DNA from: Minisyncoccia bacterium
Lineage (GTDB): Bacteria > Patescibacteriota > Minisyncoccia > Phycocordibacterales > UBA9973
Assembly (NCBI GenBank): GCA_038244685.1
Contig: JBBRTD010000004.1
Location: 1-48,797 of the forward strand
Reading direction: 5' to 3'
DNA length: 48,797 bases
Part shown: positions 17,681-26,763 of the stretch, one piece after another
How positions within the stretch are numbered: the first letter of the stretch is position 1
Layout of the letters: each line of letters begins with the position of its first letter
Notes under the pieces: model-generated
The model's input: the letters and a program-made list of their open reading frames with translations, nothing else
What the model was told of the DNA's origin: nothing
Databases searched by the model: none
Position numbers and translations under genes: made by a program

Positions 17681-19036
17681 TTATTTAAAAAGAATATTTA
17701 TATTTTTCACTTCATTTGGTAGTTTTGATGACCAAAATGGAATAATACTAATAGAAGCAGAAGAAATTCCTGGGTCTAGTTTAAAAATAGCTGGTACTTC
17801 ATTCTTGTTTTTACCAATAAGTAACCCCTTTAATTCATCTACATTGGGCTTCCAGTTAATAATCAAATTGCCGCTTAATTCAAAATTAAAATTTTCAATA
17901 TCCTTACTGATAGCTTGACCTTTATCTGCGAAAGAGAAAGTTAGCTTTGATAAATCAGGTGGTAAAATTTCAGATTTTTCCTTGTCGGATATGTCTGGTA
18001 ATAATTTATTTATAAGAAAATTTGATAAATCAGTTTCTTTAAATAAAAATGTTGAAACGGTACTTTTTATTTCTATTTTTTCAACTGGAGTTTTCGAAGT
18101 AATATTTTCGCTAAATTCATACACAAAACTAACTCCGTCTGGGTAATATATATAACCTTCGGGTATTTGAGCCGACAATTTACGGAGTAATCTTTCATTT
18201 AGGGCAGTAGTATCAGAGATAATTCCCTCTTTTTCTTTATCATCTAAAACATAAACAAGTCCTGCTACTCCACCAGAAAGAGGAGTTTTAATCTTCCCGT
18301 ATATTTTTTCATATTTAGTTGTGCCTTTATATGAATTTATATAAAAAGAATCCGGGGACCCGTTGTAAGTATCACCAGAAAGAAATGCAGTAATTTTTAC
18401 CGGAATTTGTCCTGGAATAATCTTTGAATTATCTTTTGTAAGTGCAGGGATAGTAACTGTTGTATCGGTTTTATACGATTTACCTTTATCGTCTGAAATA
18501 AAAGTACCAGCTGATATCTTTTGAGGTTTAGTACTATATTCATTATATAAAGTTATTTCACCCTTTGCTTTATCGGAAGCATTCAAAGTAGTAGTTAAAA
18601 CTACGTCTTTTGTCTCTACATCAGGAACTATCATGACTTCAAATGGGACATTGGTCGTTTTGAATTTACCGGCAGTAAATTTCTGACTACTTAAATCAAA
18701 AGATTTGACCTTTGGTATAATTGTTACTTTCGCCTTAAAAAAAACAGTAGATAATAAGTAAATAGAACCAGCAATTATTAATAATAAAACAAAAGCTGCA
18801 AATTTCTTACCAAAATTACTATTACTACTCGGCATCTTAGGGGTCTGGGGAATTCTTTGAGTAAATGATTCAGTATTTTTATTTATTTTCTTTAAAAAAT
18901 CATATTTAGTAGAATTTTCTGGGGGAATATATGTGTTTATATAACTAGGCGCAATCTTTTTAGGAATATCTTCTTTTGGTATTGTTATTACTTTATTGTT
19001 ATTTAATTTAATGTCTTCAATTTTTTTTCTATTCAT
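17681..19036 (-). CDS. hypothetical single-pass membrane protein with a large extracytoplasmic beta-rich domain
   Basis: 451 aa. The TM segment is FAAFVLLLIIAGSIYLLSTVFF, about 80 aa from the N-terminus. Its start overlaps the upstream ASKHA gene by 8 nt. I do not recognise a family with any confidence. Confidence 0.6.
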   Translation of the reverse strand: MNRKKIEDIKLNNNKVITIPKEDIPKKIAPSYINTYIPPENSTKYDFLKKINKNTESFTQRIPQTPKMPSSNSNFGKKFAAFVLLLIIAGSIYLLSTVFFKAKVTIIPKVKSFDLSSQKFTAGKFKTTNVPFEVMIVPDVETKDVVLTTTLNASDKAKGEITLYNEYSTKPQKISAGTFISDDKGKSYKTDTTVTIPALTKDNSKIIPGQIPVKITAFLSGDTYNGSPDSFYINSYKGTTKYEKIYGKIKTPLSGGVAGLVYVLDDKEKEGIISDTTALNERLLRKLSAQIPEGYIYYPDGVSFVYEFSENITSKTPVEKIEIKSTVSTFLFKETDLSNFLINKLLPDISDKEKSEILPPDLSKLTFSFADKGQAISKDIENFNFELSGNLIINWKPNVDELKGLLIGKNKNEVPAIFKLDPGISSASISIIPFWSSKLPNEVKNINILFK

Positions 19037-20213
19037 AAAGTTCTAATTTCTTCATTACATTAATAGATTCTATCATCAAAAAAGGATCACATGCGCCATT
19101 GTCCACTTTGCACATATTCAAAAATTCAGGACCGTCTATGGAAACTAAAGTAAATTTTTTATTTGGAACCATAGACTGAAGATATTCCTCATTACTAATT
19201 ACTTCCATAAACCAATCTTTTACATCAGCATCAATGGTTAGAAACATAACATTAGGCAGTGTAAGAGTTCGAGGAAGTGTACCTATGCATTCCTTAAAAG
19301 ACTGACCCCAAGAAATTTTAATAGAATCTAATACTGGAACAAGCTTCCCTTTTTCTTTTTCTGATAATGTACCCTTGCTATACAAAGAAAATATCTCATC
19401 AGCATCACGTAACTCAATTTTTAACATATTACTTATATCCCTAAAAAAAGTTTTTCTACCGTAAGGGAAAGAAAGTGAATCTTTTAATATTCCCTTAGAA
19501 ATAATACCAATGTCTGTTACTTCTCCGCCGATATCAAGCAATAGATAAGAATCATGATCCATATATCTATCTCTAACTGAAATATAAGATGAAACCATGA
19601 ACGAAGAAAAGGAAATTGGAAGATGATGGTAAGTCTTTGTAATTGTTTCTCTTATCTTATCTAAACATAACTTTGGAGAAAGAGAAATAACCATATTCAT
19701 TTCAATTGAATTTGTTTTTTTACCCAAAGGGTCATCTACATGATATCCATTTAGGGAAACTCCAACAATTGGATGTTCTATCAACTCTGAAGTACTTTCA
19801 ACATCATTGTATTTGCTTTTATAGATTAAGTTTAGAGATTCGATTTCTTTTGTTAGTAAATCATTAATTATGCTTTCAGTAAAAATAAAAGAACGATCTT
19901 TCACCATTTTTACCATTCTTGTTTCTGATATATACCAAGGAGAAGCAAGGATACAAAAAACTTCTTCAGGGACACCAAGCTTACTTTGAGATAAAGCTCT
20001 TGCAGTAAAACCTAATGCGAGAATCATATCTTTCAAAAATAAATTAAAGTCTACATCTTTTCTGTTTACAATATCGGTACGTACAGATTTTATGATAGTT
20101 GGAATATTTTTACCATTCGAGGGAATTTGAACAAGAGCACCCCCCACACTTCCGGAGCCAATGTCAAAAATAGCAACTATTTTTTCTTTTTTTGATGAAA
20201 ATAAAAAATCCAT
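19029..20213 (-). CDS. actin-like ASKHA-superfamily ATPase (FtsA/PilM/Ppx-like), second copy in the window
   Basis: 394 aa. It has a phosphate-1-like motif (AIFDIGSGSVGGALV) and a phosphate-2-like motif (LLLDIGGEVTDIGII). Confidence 0.65.
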   Translation of the reverse strand: MDFLFSSKKEKIVAIFDIGSGSVGGALVQIPSNGKNIPTIIKSVRTDIVNRKDVDFNLFLKDMILALGFTARALSQSKLGVPEEVFCILASPWYISETRMVKMVKDRSFIFTESIINDLLTKEIESLNLIYKSKYNDVESTSELIEHPIVGVSLNGYHVDDPLGKKTNSIEMNMVISLSPKLCLDKIRETITKTYHHLPISFSSFMVSSYISVRDRYMDHDSYLLLDIGGEVTDIGIISKGILKDSLSFPYGRKTFFRDISNMLKIELRDADEIFSLYSKGTLSEKEKGKLVPVLDSIKISWGQSFKECIGTLPRTLTLPNVMFLTIDADVKDWFMEVISNEEYLQSMVPNKKFTLVSIDGPEFLNMCKVDNGACDPFLMIESINVMKKLELYE

Positions 20214-20269
20214 AATGAGCTTATTATACTATCTATTATGAAATAAAAAAAGTATTTCTCTGTATAAAC

Positions 20270-20303
20270 AAAAAAAGAGCCACGAATTAAATTCGGGCTC
20301 TCT
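20270..20303 (-). terminator. intrinsic terminator after the lipoprotein gene
   Basis: The stem is gagcc(a)cgaat / attcgggctc. The A-run on the plus strand gives a U-tract on the minus strand. Confidence 0.7.
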
Positions 20304-20321
20304 AATTAGATTTGAAAACTT

Positions 20322-20786
20322 TTACCTTGGATTATAAATAGTTTTCCAATACGAACTCAGATTATTACTTCCAAGGTCTGCAATTGCAGACCCCTTACGC
20401 AAAATTGTTTTTTTAGCAATATCTAAATCTCTGGCCGAAATGATAAAGTCATCCTTAAAGCGGGAGATTCTAATTGTTTCCTTGTATGGCCCCCAATACT
20501 TACTACCTAACACACGGTAGTAATCTTGTGTAAACCTGACAATTAAACCATTACCATCACTGTAAGTTTCACCAGTCTGAAGGTTGTAAAAGTAAACGGC
20601 ATTATTGATATCATATTCCTCTAAATATACCTGGGTATACATTCCGTACTCTTGAGAGTACTGAAACATTTCTTTTGGAGGATTATCATCTCTAACCAAT
20701 CCACTTTCAACAACTAAATCTTTTTGGCATGATGCAAACAATGAAACAAAAATTATTACAACAATAAGCTTAACTGAATTTTTCAT
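20322..20786 (-). CDS. putative lipoprotein
   Basis: The signal peptide with lipobox is MKNSVKLIVVIIFVSLFASC. I start it at the ATG at 20786, since the track start at 20831 is a GTG. Confidence 0.65.
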   Translation of the reverse strand: MKNSVKLIVVIIFVSLFASCQKDLVVESGLVRDDNPPKEMFQYSQEYGMYTQVYLEEYDINNAVYFYNLQTGETYSDGNGLIVRFTQDYYRVLGSKYWGPYKETIRISRFKDDFIISARDLDIAKKTILRKGSAIADLGSNNLSSYWKTIYNPR

Positions 20787-20896
20787 CTTATTTAGTTTAG
20801 ATGATTTTTTAATTTGCCTGGCCACTTTCACTACGAAAGCGTTACAGGTTTATACATTTAATTATATTGTATCACAAATAACACACTATGTCAATA

Positions 20897-20938
20897 GCAA
20901 AAACCCCCTTAATATAAAATACAAAAGAGGGTTTTTGC
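20897..20938 (-). terminator. intrinsic terminator after alaS
   Basis: The stem gcaaaaaccc (20897-20906) pairs with gggtttttgc (20929-20938). Confidence 0.65.
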
Positions 20939-20955
20939 TTAATGATATTATTAAT

Positions 20956-22704
20956 TTATTCTAATATAGCCTTTATACGCCTCACACCAGCGGAACTTGC
21001 CTCTTCTTTTTGAATTTTAAAGTGACCAAGTATCCCTGTTTTCTCGACGTGAGGTCCACCACAGAATTCTTTTGATATTGGGTTACCCTCTTTATCTTCT
21101 ACAAAGTAAATTGATACTACTTCTGGATACTTAGCTCCAAATTCCATTTGAGCACCTATCTTCTCTGCATCTACTAATAGCATCTCCCTTCTAATAACAT
21201 TTAAATTTTGTTCAATTTTATCATTAACCCAATTCTCTACTTTTTGTTTTTCTTCGTCAGTAAGTTTGTGATCACAGATAAAATCCATTCGAAGCCTTTC
21301 TTCCGTAATATTACTTCCCTTCTGTTTAATTTCTGAACTAATTAAAGTTTGCAATCCTGCTAAAAGTAAATGATGAGCCGTATGGAGTTTAATTGTTTTC
21401 TCACTATGGTTTGCAAGTCCACCCTTAAACATTCCTGCCGAAGAAGTTCGAGAAAGATCTTGGTGTTCTTTTAACTTTTGATCAAAAAGGGATCTATCGA
21501 TTTTAATTCCTTTTTCTTTTGCCAATTCTTCAGTTAACTCGATTGGAAAGCCATAACTCTGGAATAAATCAAAAGGATCCACTCCTTTTTCAAATTCTTT
21601 TAAGCCATTTTTTAAGGTCTCTCGAAATTTAGATTCTTCTTTGTTTATTTCTATTACAATATTGCTTGATTGAGCTCCAAGATAAGGATAAGTAACCTCA
21701 TATTTATCTATAACAGCTGAAGCAATCACATGCAAAGAGTTCTGAGGTAATCCCAAAAGATCAGAAAAACGGACAACTCTTCTTATTATTCTACGTAAAA
21801 TATAATCTCTTCCTGTATTTCCTGGTATAACACCATCTCCTATCATAAAAACAGCAGTTCTAATATGATCAGCTATAATTCTCTGATGAAGAATGGAATC
21901 ATTAGTAGGTTTTAGCAATTTGATTGCACTAAAAATAAAATCAAACAAATCTGTTTCAAAAATATTACTAACATTCTGACAAACCATTGTAATTCTTTCA
22001 AGTCCCATACCTGTATCAACATTATGTTGAGCAAGTTTACCAACTACTTTTCCGTCTGCTTTTTCGTATTCCATGAAAACATTATTCCAGATTTCGATTA
22101 CTTTTCCTTCGTCATCCGCTTGAACAAATTTATCATGAACCATATCTCCAATTGCGGTTTCATTTGGGTCGTAGAATATTTCTGTATCAGGCCCACATGG
22201 ACCATTCTCTCCTGCGCTCCACCAATTATTCCTAGCTGGCAAAAAATACACTCTTCCAGCGGGTAAATATTTTTGCCAGATAAGTGCGGCTTCATTATCT
22301 CTAGGTGCATCAGTATTTCCTTCAAAAACTGTGACATAAATTCTATTTATATCTAAGCCCAAACCCTCTTCTTTGTCGGTTAAAAATTTGAAACTCCACT
22401 CAATTGCTTCTTCTTTAAAATAATCACCAAGTGACCAATTACCCAACATTTCAAAAAAAGTAAGATGGCGATTATCTCCAACTTCATCAATATCTCCTGT
22501 TCTAACGCACTTTTGAACATCAACCAAACGATTGCCCATCGGATGTTTTTGGCCTAAAAGATAAGGCACGATAGGTTGCATCCCTGCCGTATTAAAAAGG
22601 ACAGAAGGATCATTCTCTGGTATAAGGGATGCTGAAGGTATTATTTTATGTCCACGGTTTTCAAAAAATTTAAGGAATTTTTCACGTATTTCATTTGATT
22701 GCAT
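20956..22704 (-). CDS. alaS: alanine--tRNA ligase, short form (582 aa)
   Basis: It has the class II catalytic N-terminus (FFENRGHKIIPSASL, FNTAGM, FFEMLGNWSLGDYFK) and editing-domain motifs (HTAHHLL, CGGPHV). The protein ends shortly after the editing domain. Confidence 0.92.
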   Translation of the reverse strand: MQSNEIREKFLKFFENRGHKIIPSASLIPENDPSVLFNTAGMQPIVPYLLGQKHPMGNRLVDVQKCVRTGDIDEVGDNRHLTFFEMLGNWSLGDYFKEEAIEWSFKFLTDKEEGLGLDINRIYVTVFEGNTDAPRDNEAALIWQKYLPAGRVYFLPARNNWWSAGENGPCGPDTEIFYDPNETAIGDMVHDKFVQADDEGKVIEIWNNVFMEYEKADGKVVGKLAQHNVDTGMGLERITMVCQNVSNIFETDLFDFIFSAIKLLKPTNDSILHQRIIADHIRTAVFMIGDGVIPGNTGRDYILRRIIRRVVRFSDLLGLPQNSLHVIASAVIDKYEVTYPYLGAQSSNIVIEINKEESKFRETLKNGLKEFEKGVDPFDLFQSYGFPIELTEELAKEKGIKIDRSLFDQKLKEHQDLSRTSSAGMFKGGLANHSEKTIKLHTAHHLLLAGLQTLISSEIKQKGSNITEERLRMDFICDHKLTDEEKQKVENWVNDKIEQNLNVIRREMLLVDAEKIGAQMEFGAKYPEVVSIYFVEDKEGNPISKEFCGGPHVEKTGILGHFKIQKEEASSAGVRRIKAILE

Positions 22705-22736
22705 ATATGCTCATATTATACTAAAAAGCCTAAACA

Positions 22737-22772
22737 GAAAAGCCCCGCGGGTAATCCCGCGGGGCTTTATTT
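22737..22772. terminator. strong GC-rich hairpin terminator
   Basis: The stem aaagccccgcggg (22738-22750) pairs with cccgcggggcttt (22755-22767), with a taat loop. Confidence 0.85.
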
Positions 22773-22776
22773 TAGT

Positions 22777-23259
22777 CTAATTTAAATCTTCAAAACTATC
22801 TTCTTTATAAAATCTGCTCTTTTTAATTCTTTCTTCTATAAACCATAAAACAATAAATATAAATAAAGTAAGAATTGTAGCAATAATTGAAATAATAAAT
22901 AAACCTAAACCAGCAGCCATACCAATTCCAGCAGCAACCCAAAGACCTGTTGCAGTGGTAAGACCCACTAACTTAGAATCTTTTGTAAAGATAAGTCCTG
23001 CTCCTATAAAACCTACACCTACAACTATCTGGGAAACAATCATGAGAGGATTCATACCAGAAAAATTCGCATAATAATTAACCATTTCATTTGAGATGAT
23101 TACAAACAAAGCTGAACCCATAGAGACAAGAGCATAAGTACGCATCCCAGCTGTCTTGTGAGCCCAGACACGTTCAGTGCCGATAATCATTCCCAATGCT
23201 AATGCAACAAAAAGACGCAATATAACATCTAAAGTTGCTCCGTCTAAAATATTTTCCAT
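22777..23259 (-). CDS. MgtC/SapB family membrane protein
   Basis: 160 aa with 4-5 TM helices. The N-terminal pattern is LALGMIIGTERVWAHKTAGMRTYALV. Confidence 0.75.
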   Translation of the reverse strand: MENILDGATLDVILRLFVALALGMIIGTERVWAHKTAGMRTYALVSMGSALFVIISNEMVNYYANFSGMNPLMIVSQIVVGVGFIGAGLIFTKDSKLVGLTTATGLWVAAGIGMAAGLGLFIISIIATILTLFIFIVLWFIEERIKKSRFYKEDSFEDLN

Positions 23260-23321
23260 ATAAGATTATTATATCATCTCGTCGTAAATTTTTAAAACAC
23301 AATACGAGATATGACTATATA

Positions 23322-23750
23322 TTATTTTAATTTTTCGTAATAATTAACTCCTTCTTCATTGTCCTTTTTTATTTTTGCTTCTGGTTCAGTAATATATTTT
23401 TCATCATTATTTAGAGTATTCTCTACCCAAAGTGAATACGGTAAATTTGTCATGTCTGTATCACATCTTACTATCATTGGAATGTTGTACGAATGTTCTG
23501 CCTCTATATGTTTAATTAAATTTTCACTTAATGATTTTTCAGTTGAGAACATGAGAATATACTGATCGATTTCTTGAATAACACCCTGCCATGGATATAT
23601 AGAATTAATTATCCAATAATCCATAGAAATAGCTAACTTCTCCCTAATAGCAGAAAAGCCCATAGCTCTTGCCTCTTCAATATCCCTACAGATAGTGTAA
23701 ACAAATACGATGCCCTTTGAACTTTTATCTACCTTTTCTAATATGTTCAT
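23322..23750 (-). CDS. cutA: CutA1-like divalent-cation tolerance protein
   Basis: 142 aa with the pattern IVFVYT.C...EEA......A..EKLA.......I.S.Y.WQG.I. Confidence 0.7.
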   Translation of the reverse strand: MNILEKVDKSSKGIVFVYTICRDIEEARAMGFSAIREKLAISMDYWIINSIYPWQGVIQEIDQYILMFSTEKSLSENLIKHIEAEHSYNIPMIVRCDTDMTNLPYSLWVENTLNNDEKYITEPEAKIKKDNEEGVNYYEKLK

Positions 23751-23799
23751 TTAATTTGGTATCACAAAGTTATAAATTTAATAATTTTCAACCACTATA

Positions 23800-24903
23800 T
23801 TATCCCACAATACAACCACCTAGGCAAATATCCTTATCATATACAACAATAGATTGACCCTTATCTACTAAAACATTTTTATCAAAAATTATTTGAACCT
23901 TATTATCTTCAAAAACATCAACAATACAATTTAAATATTCTCCATGATAGCGAATTTGAGCAGTATATTTTTTGTCTTTGCTTGGAGTACCTATAATCCA
24001 ATTTGTATTCGTACATAAAACAGCGCTAAACAATTTTTTATCTGAATCAACATTTCCTCTGCTAGAAACTGTAATAGTATTATTCTCTATGTTTTTTGAA
24101 ATGACATATAAAGGCTTACTGTTGTCTTTATTTTTAATAATATTAAAACCATGACGTTCTCCTAAGGTAAAAAAGATAGCTCCATCGTGACTACCTATTA
24201 TTTCACCCCCCTCATCCAAAACATCCCCTTTTTTAGACTCAATATAATGTTTTAAAAAATCTTTCATATCAAGTGGACCAAGAAAGCAAACACCTTGGCT
24301 ATCTTTTTTAACTGCCGTTGAAAGATTATATTTCTTTGCTAAAACTCGAACATCTTTTTTTTGCAAATGCCCTACAGGAAAAAGAGTATGTGACAAATCA
24401 TCTTGATTTAAGGTCCAAAGGAAATATGATTGATCTTTCGTTTTGTCTGGACTTTGCTTCAGTAAAAATAAATTTTTAGCTTGATTCTTAGCACTAACTT
24501 TCTCTTCACAAAGAGAATAATGGCCTGTAGCTATAAAGTCCGCACCGTGAGACTTTGCGAATTTCCAAAATACACCAAACTTTACTTCCCGATTGCACAT
24601 TACATCGGGGTTCGGAGTATTACCTTTCTTGTATTCTTCTATCATATAATCTGCTACACCTTTCTTGTAAGCTTCTTCTGCATCACATTCCAAAAACGGA
24701 ATGTCTAAATAAGCACAGACTCGCATAGCATCTCTTCTTTCGTTTTTCCAAGTACATTCTATGAATTCAGGTGACCAAGTACGAATAAAAACTCCAACGA
24801 CATTGTATCCTTCGTCTTTTAAAAGTGCAGCGGCCACAGAGCTATCAACCCCGCCAGAAACACCCACAAATACTGTTTTATTATTTTTTATTTTATTATT
24901 CAT
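23800..24903 (-). CDS. mnmA: tRNA 2-thiouridine(34) synthase MnmA
   Basis: It has a PP-loop (VGVSGGVDSSVAA), NPDVMCN, and DQSYFL. Confidence 0.95.
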   Translation of the reverse strand: MNNKIKNNKTVFVGVSGGVDSSVAAALLKDEGYNVVGVFIRTWSPEFIECTWKNERRDAMRVCAYLDIPFLECDAEEAYKKGVADYMIEEYKKGNTPNPDVMCNREVKFGVFWKFAKSHGADFIATGHYSLCEEKVSAKNQAKNLFLLKQSPDKTKDQSYFLWTLNQDDLSHTLFPVGHLQKKDVRVLAKKYNLSTAVKKDSQGVCFLGPLDMKDFLKHYIESKKGDVLDEGGEIIGSHDGAIFFTLGERHGFNIIKNKDNSKPLYVISKNIENNTITVSSRGNVDSDKKLFSAVLCTNTNWIIGTPSKDKKYTAQIRYHGEYLNCIVDVFEDNKVQIIFDKNVLVDKGQSIVVYDKDICLGGCIVG

Positions 24904-24942
24904 AACCTAAAATAAATGCCACAGACGTCCAACGTCTGTTAA

Positions 24943-25818
24943 TTACTTTTTACTCCATCTTGCAAAAATACCGCATGGAAGTAACTTCTTACTTGCACTT
25001 TCTTCTATTACAAGCTCACCTGTCTCAATCTCTCCTTTAAAATCTTTCATCATATCAATAAGATTATTTTGATAAACAATGGAAGAATATCCAGCAGTAT
25101 AGCCATTTATTAAAATAAATAAAGGGTCATCTGATAACACCTGTTTACACAAATCCATAAGATTTAAAAAATTATCTTCTATCTTCCAGAGTTCATCCTT
25201 TGGACCATGTCCAAATGATGGAGGATCCATAATGATGGCATCGTAGAATCTTCCTCTTTTAATTTCTCTTTTTAAAAATAAAGTTACATCTTCTATGAGC
25301 CATCGAATTGGTGCATCTTTCAAGCCTGATAATTCTGCATTCTCTCTAGCCCAAATTACTGCAGCCTTAGAACCATCTACATGGCAAACCTCTGCCCCCG
25401 CTTTTGCGCAAGCGAGAGTTGCTCCACCTGTATACGCAAATAGATTTAAAACTTTAATTGTTTCTTTTCTTCCATCTTTATTATCATTTATTATTTTTTC
25501 TGTCCATTGCCAATTCGGAAGTTGTTCAGGAAAAAGTCCTGTATGTTTGAAAGAAGTAGGTTTTATTGAAAAATTTAAATCGCCAAATAATATATTCCAA
25601 TTATTTGGAATTCCATTTTTAATTATCCATTTATTTTTAGTTCCATTACGGATAAATTCTAGGTCAGATTTTCCCCAATCATTATCTTCTAAGGATTTTT
25701 TCCAAAGAGCTTCGGGGTCAGGACGTGATAATATGTACTTACCATATCTTTCAAGTTTCTTACCCTCTCCAGAATCAAGCAATTCATATTCTTTTTGTTT
25801 TATAGTTTTTAATATCAT
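24943..25818 (-). CDS. class I SAM-dependent methyltransferase (RlmI/RlmK-like)
   Basis: It has a SAM motif (VLNLFAYTGGATLACAKAGA) and DAIIMDPPSFG. Confidence 0.75.
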   Translation of the reverse strand: MILKTIKQKEYELLDSGEGKKLERYGKYILSRPDPEALWKKSLEDNDWGKSDLEFIRNGTKNKWIIKNGIPNNWNILFGDLNFSIKPTSFKHTGLFPEQLPNWQWTEKIINDNKDGRKETIKVLNLFAYTGGATLACAKAGAEVCHVDGSKAAVIWARENAELSGLKDAPIRWLIEDVTLFLKREIKRGRFYDAIIMDPPSFGHGPKDELWKIEDNFLNLMDLCKQVLSDDPLFILINGYTAGYSSIVYQNNLIDMMKDFKGEIETGELVIEESASKKLLPCGIFARWSKK

Positions 25819-25851
25819 ATTTATCTTGCCATAGCTTTATGCAAGGGCGAA

Positions 25852-26760
25852 TTATTTTAAATAGCGAGCTATATTACTTCTATGCTCACTAAATGTCTTA
25901 GCAAAATGGACCTGACCACTAGAATCATGTAAATAAAATAAATACGGGGATTCTTGTAGGTGAATTGCGTAACTTATTGATAAAAGCCCTGGATTACTTA
26001 TAGGACTATTCGGTAAACCACTTTCTTTATAGGTTAAAGGAGCAGCATCTACTTGAAGAAGCATACCTAGTTTTATCCTTTTCCACAATATACCTGAAAT
26101 TATAGCTCCATCATCTTTTCCATTTGCTTCTTTTTCTAAAATTGAAGCCATGATTATTATATCAGACAAACTCTTATCTGAAGATTTAACTTCCTGATTT
26201 ATCGGGGTAATTCTTTTTTTAAAATTTAAACTTATTTCATTTAAAATTTCATCAGTCGTCGACATCGGAAAGAAAAAATATGTATCAGGGAAAAGATATC
26301 CTTCCTTGCTTCTTTCATCATTTAAAAATAAATCTTTATCAAAAGAAGGAATCTTATTTGCGATTAATTGCGCCATTTCCTTATTTGTTATACCTTCTCT
26401 TAATGTTACACGAATAGGAGCTACACCATGTCTACCTCTGCTAATTTGCCAAGATACTCCCAAGAGAGATTCATTCTTTTTAAATAAATAATCCCCACTT
26501 GGAATATATTTATCTCCAGAAAAAGTTGAAACTAATGCTTTAAATATAAATGGGTAACGAATAACTTCTTTTTCTTTCAACTCATTTGATATCTTTGCCA
26601 AAGATTCACTTGAAGTTACATGGATAGTCACTTCATTAAGTCTATATGGTACTCCAAATAAATAATATATTATAAAAACAATTATTAGTAGAAAAATTCC
26701 TAACATCCAATTAGATCTGGAAATTTTTTCCTTTTTTAATTCTGCGTTTAAATTATCCAT
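25852..26760 (-). CDS. mltG: endolytic murein transglycosylase MltG (YceG family)
   Basis: It has an N-terminal TM segment, IIMASILEKEA (catalytic Glu context), and LQVDA..TY. Confidence 0.85.
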   Translation of the reverse strand: MDNLNAELKKEKISRSNWMLGIFLLIIVFIIYYLFGVPYRLNEVTIHVTSSESLAKISNELKEKEVIRYPFIFKALVSTFSGDKYIPSGDYLFKKNESLLGVSWQISRGRHGVAPIRVTLREGITNKEMAQLIANKIPSFDKDLFLNDERSKEGYLFPDTYFFFPMSTTDEILNEISLNFKKRITPINQEVKSSDKSLSDIIIMASILEKEANGKDDGAIISGILWKRIKLGMLLQVDAAPLTYKESGLPNSPISNPGLLSISYAIHLQESPYLFYLHDSSGQVHFAKTFSEHRSNIARYLK

Positions 26761-26763
26761 ATA

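Noticed and set aside
25295-25834. A 179-aa plus-strand ORF, along with many other 60-120-aa track ORFs (for example 782-1111, 1845-2093, 2268-2633, 4901-5373, 34848-35153, 45030-45344).
   Set aside because: Each lies antisense to, or inside, a strongly supported conserved gene. Each has the low-complexity Ser/Phe/Ile/Leu-rich composition expected from reading AT-rich coding DNA in the wrong frame. None has its own promoter or terminator space.
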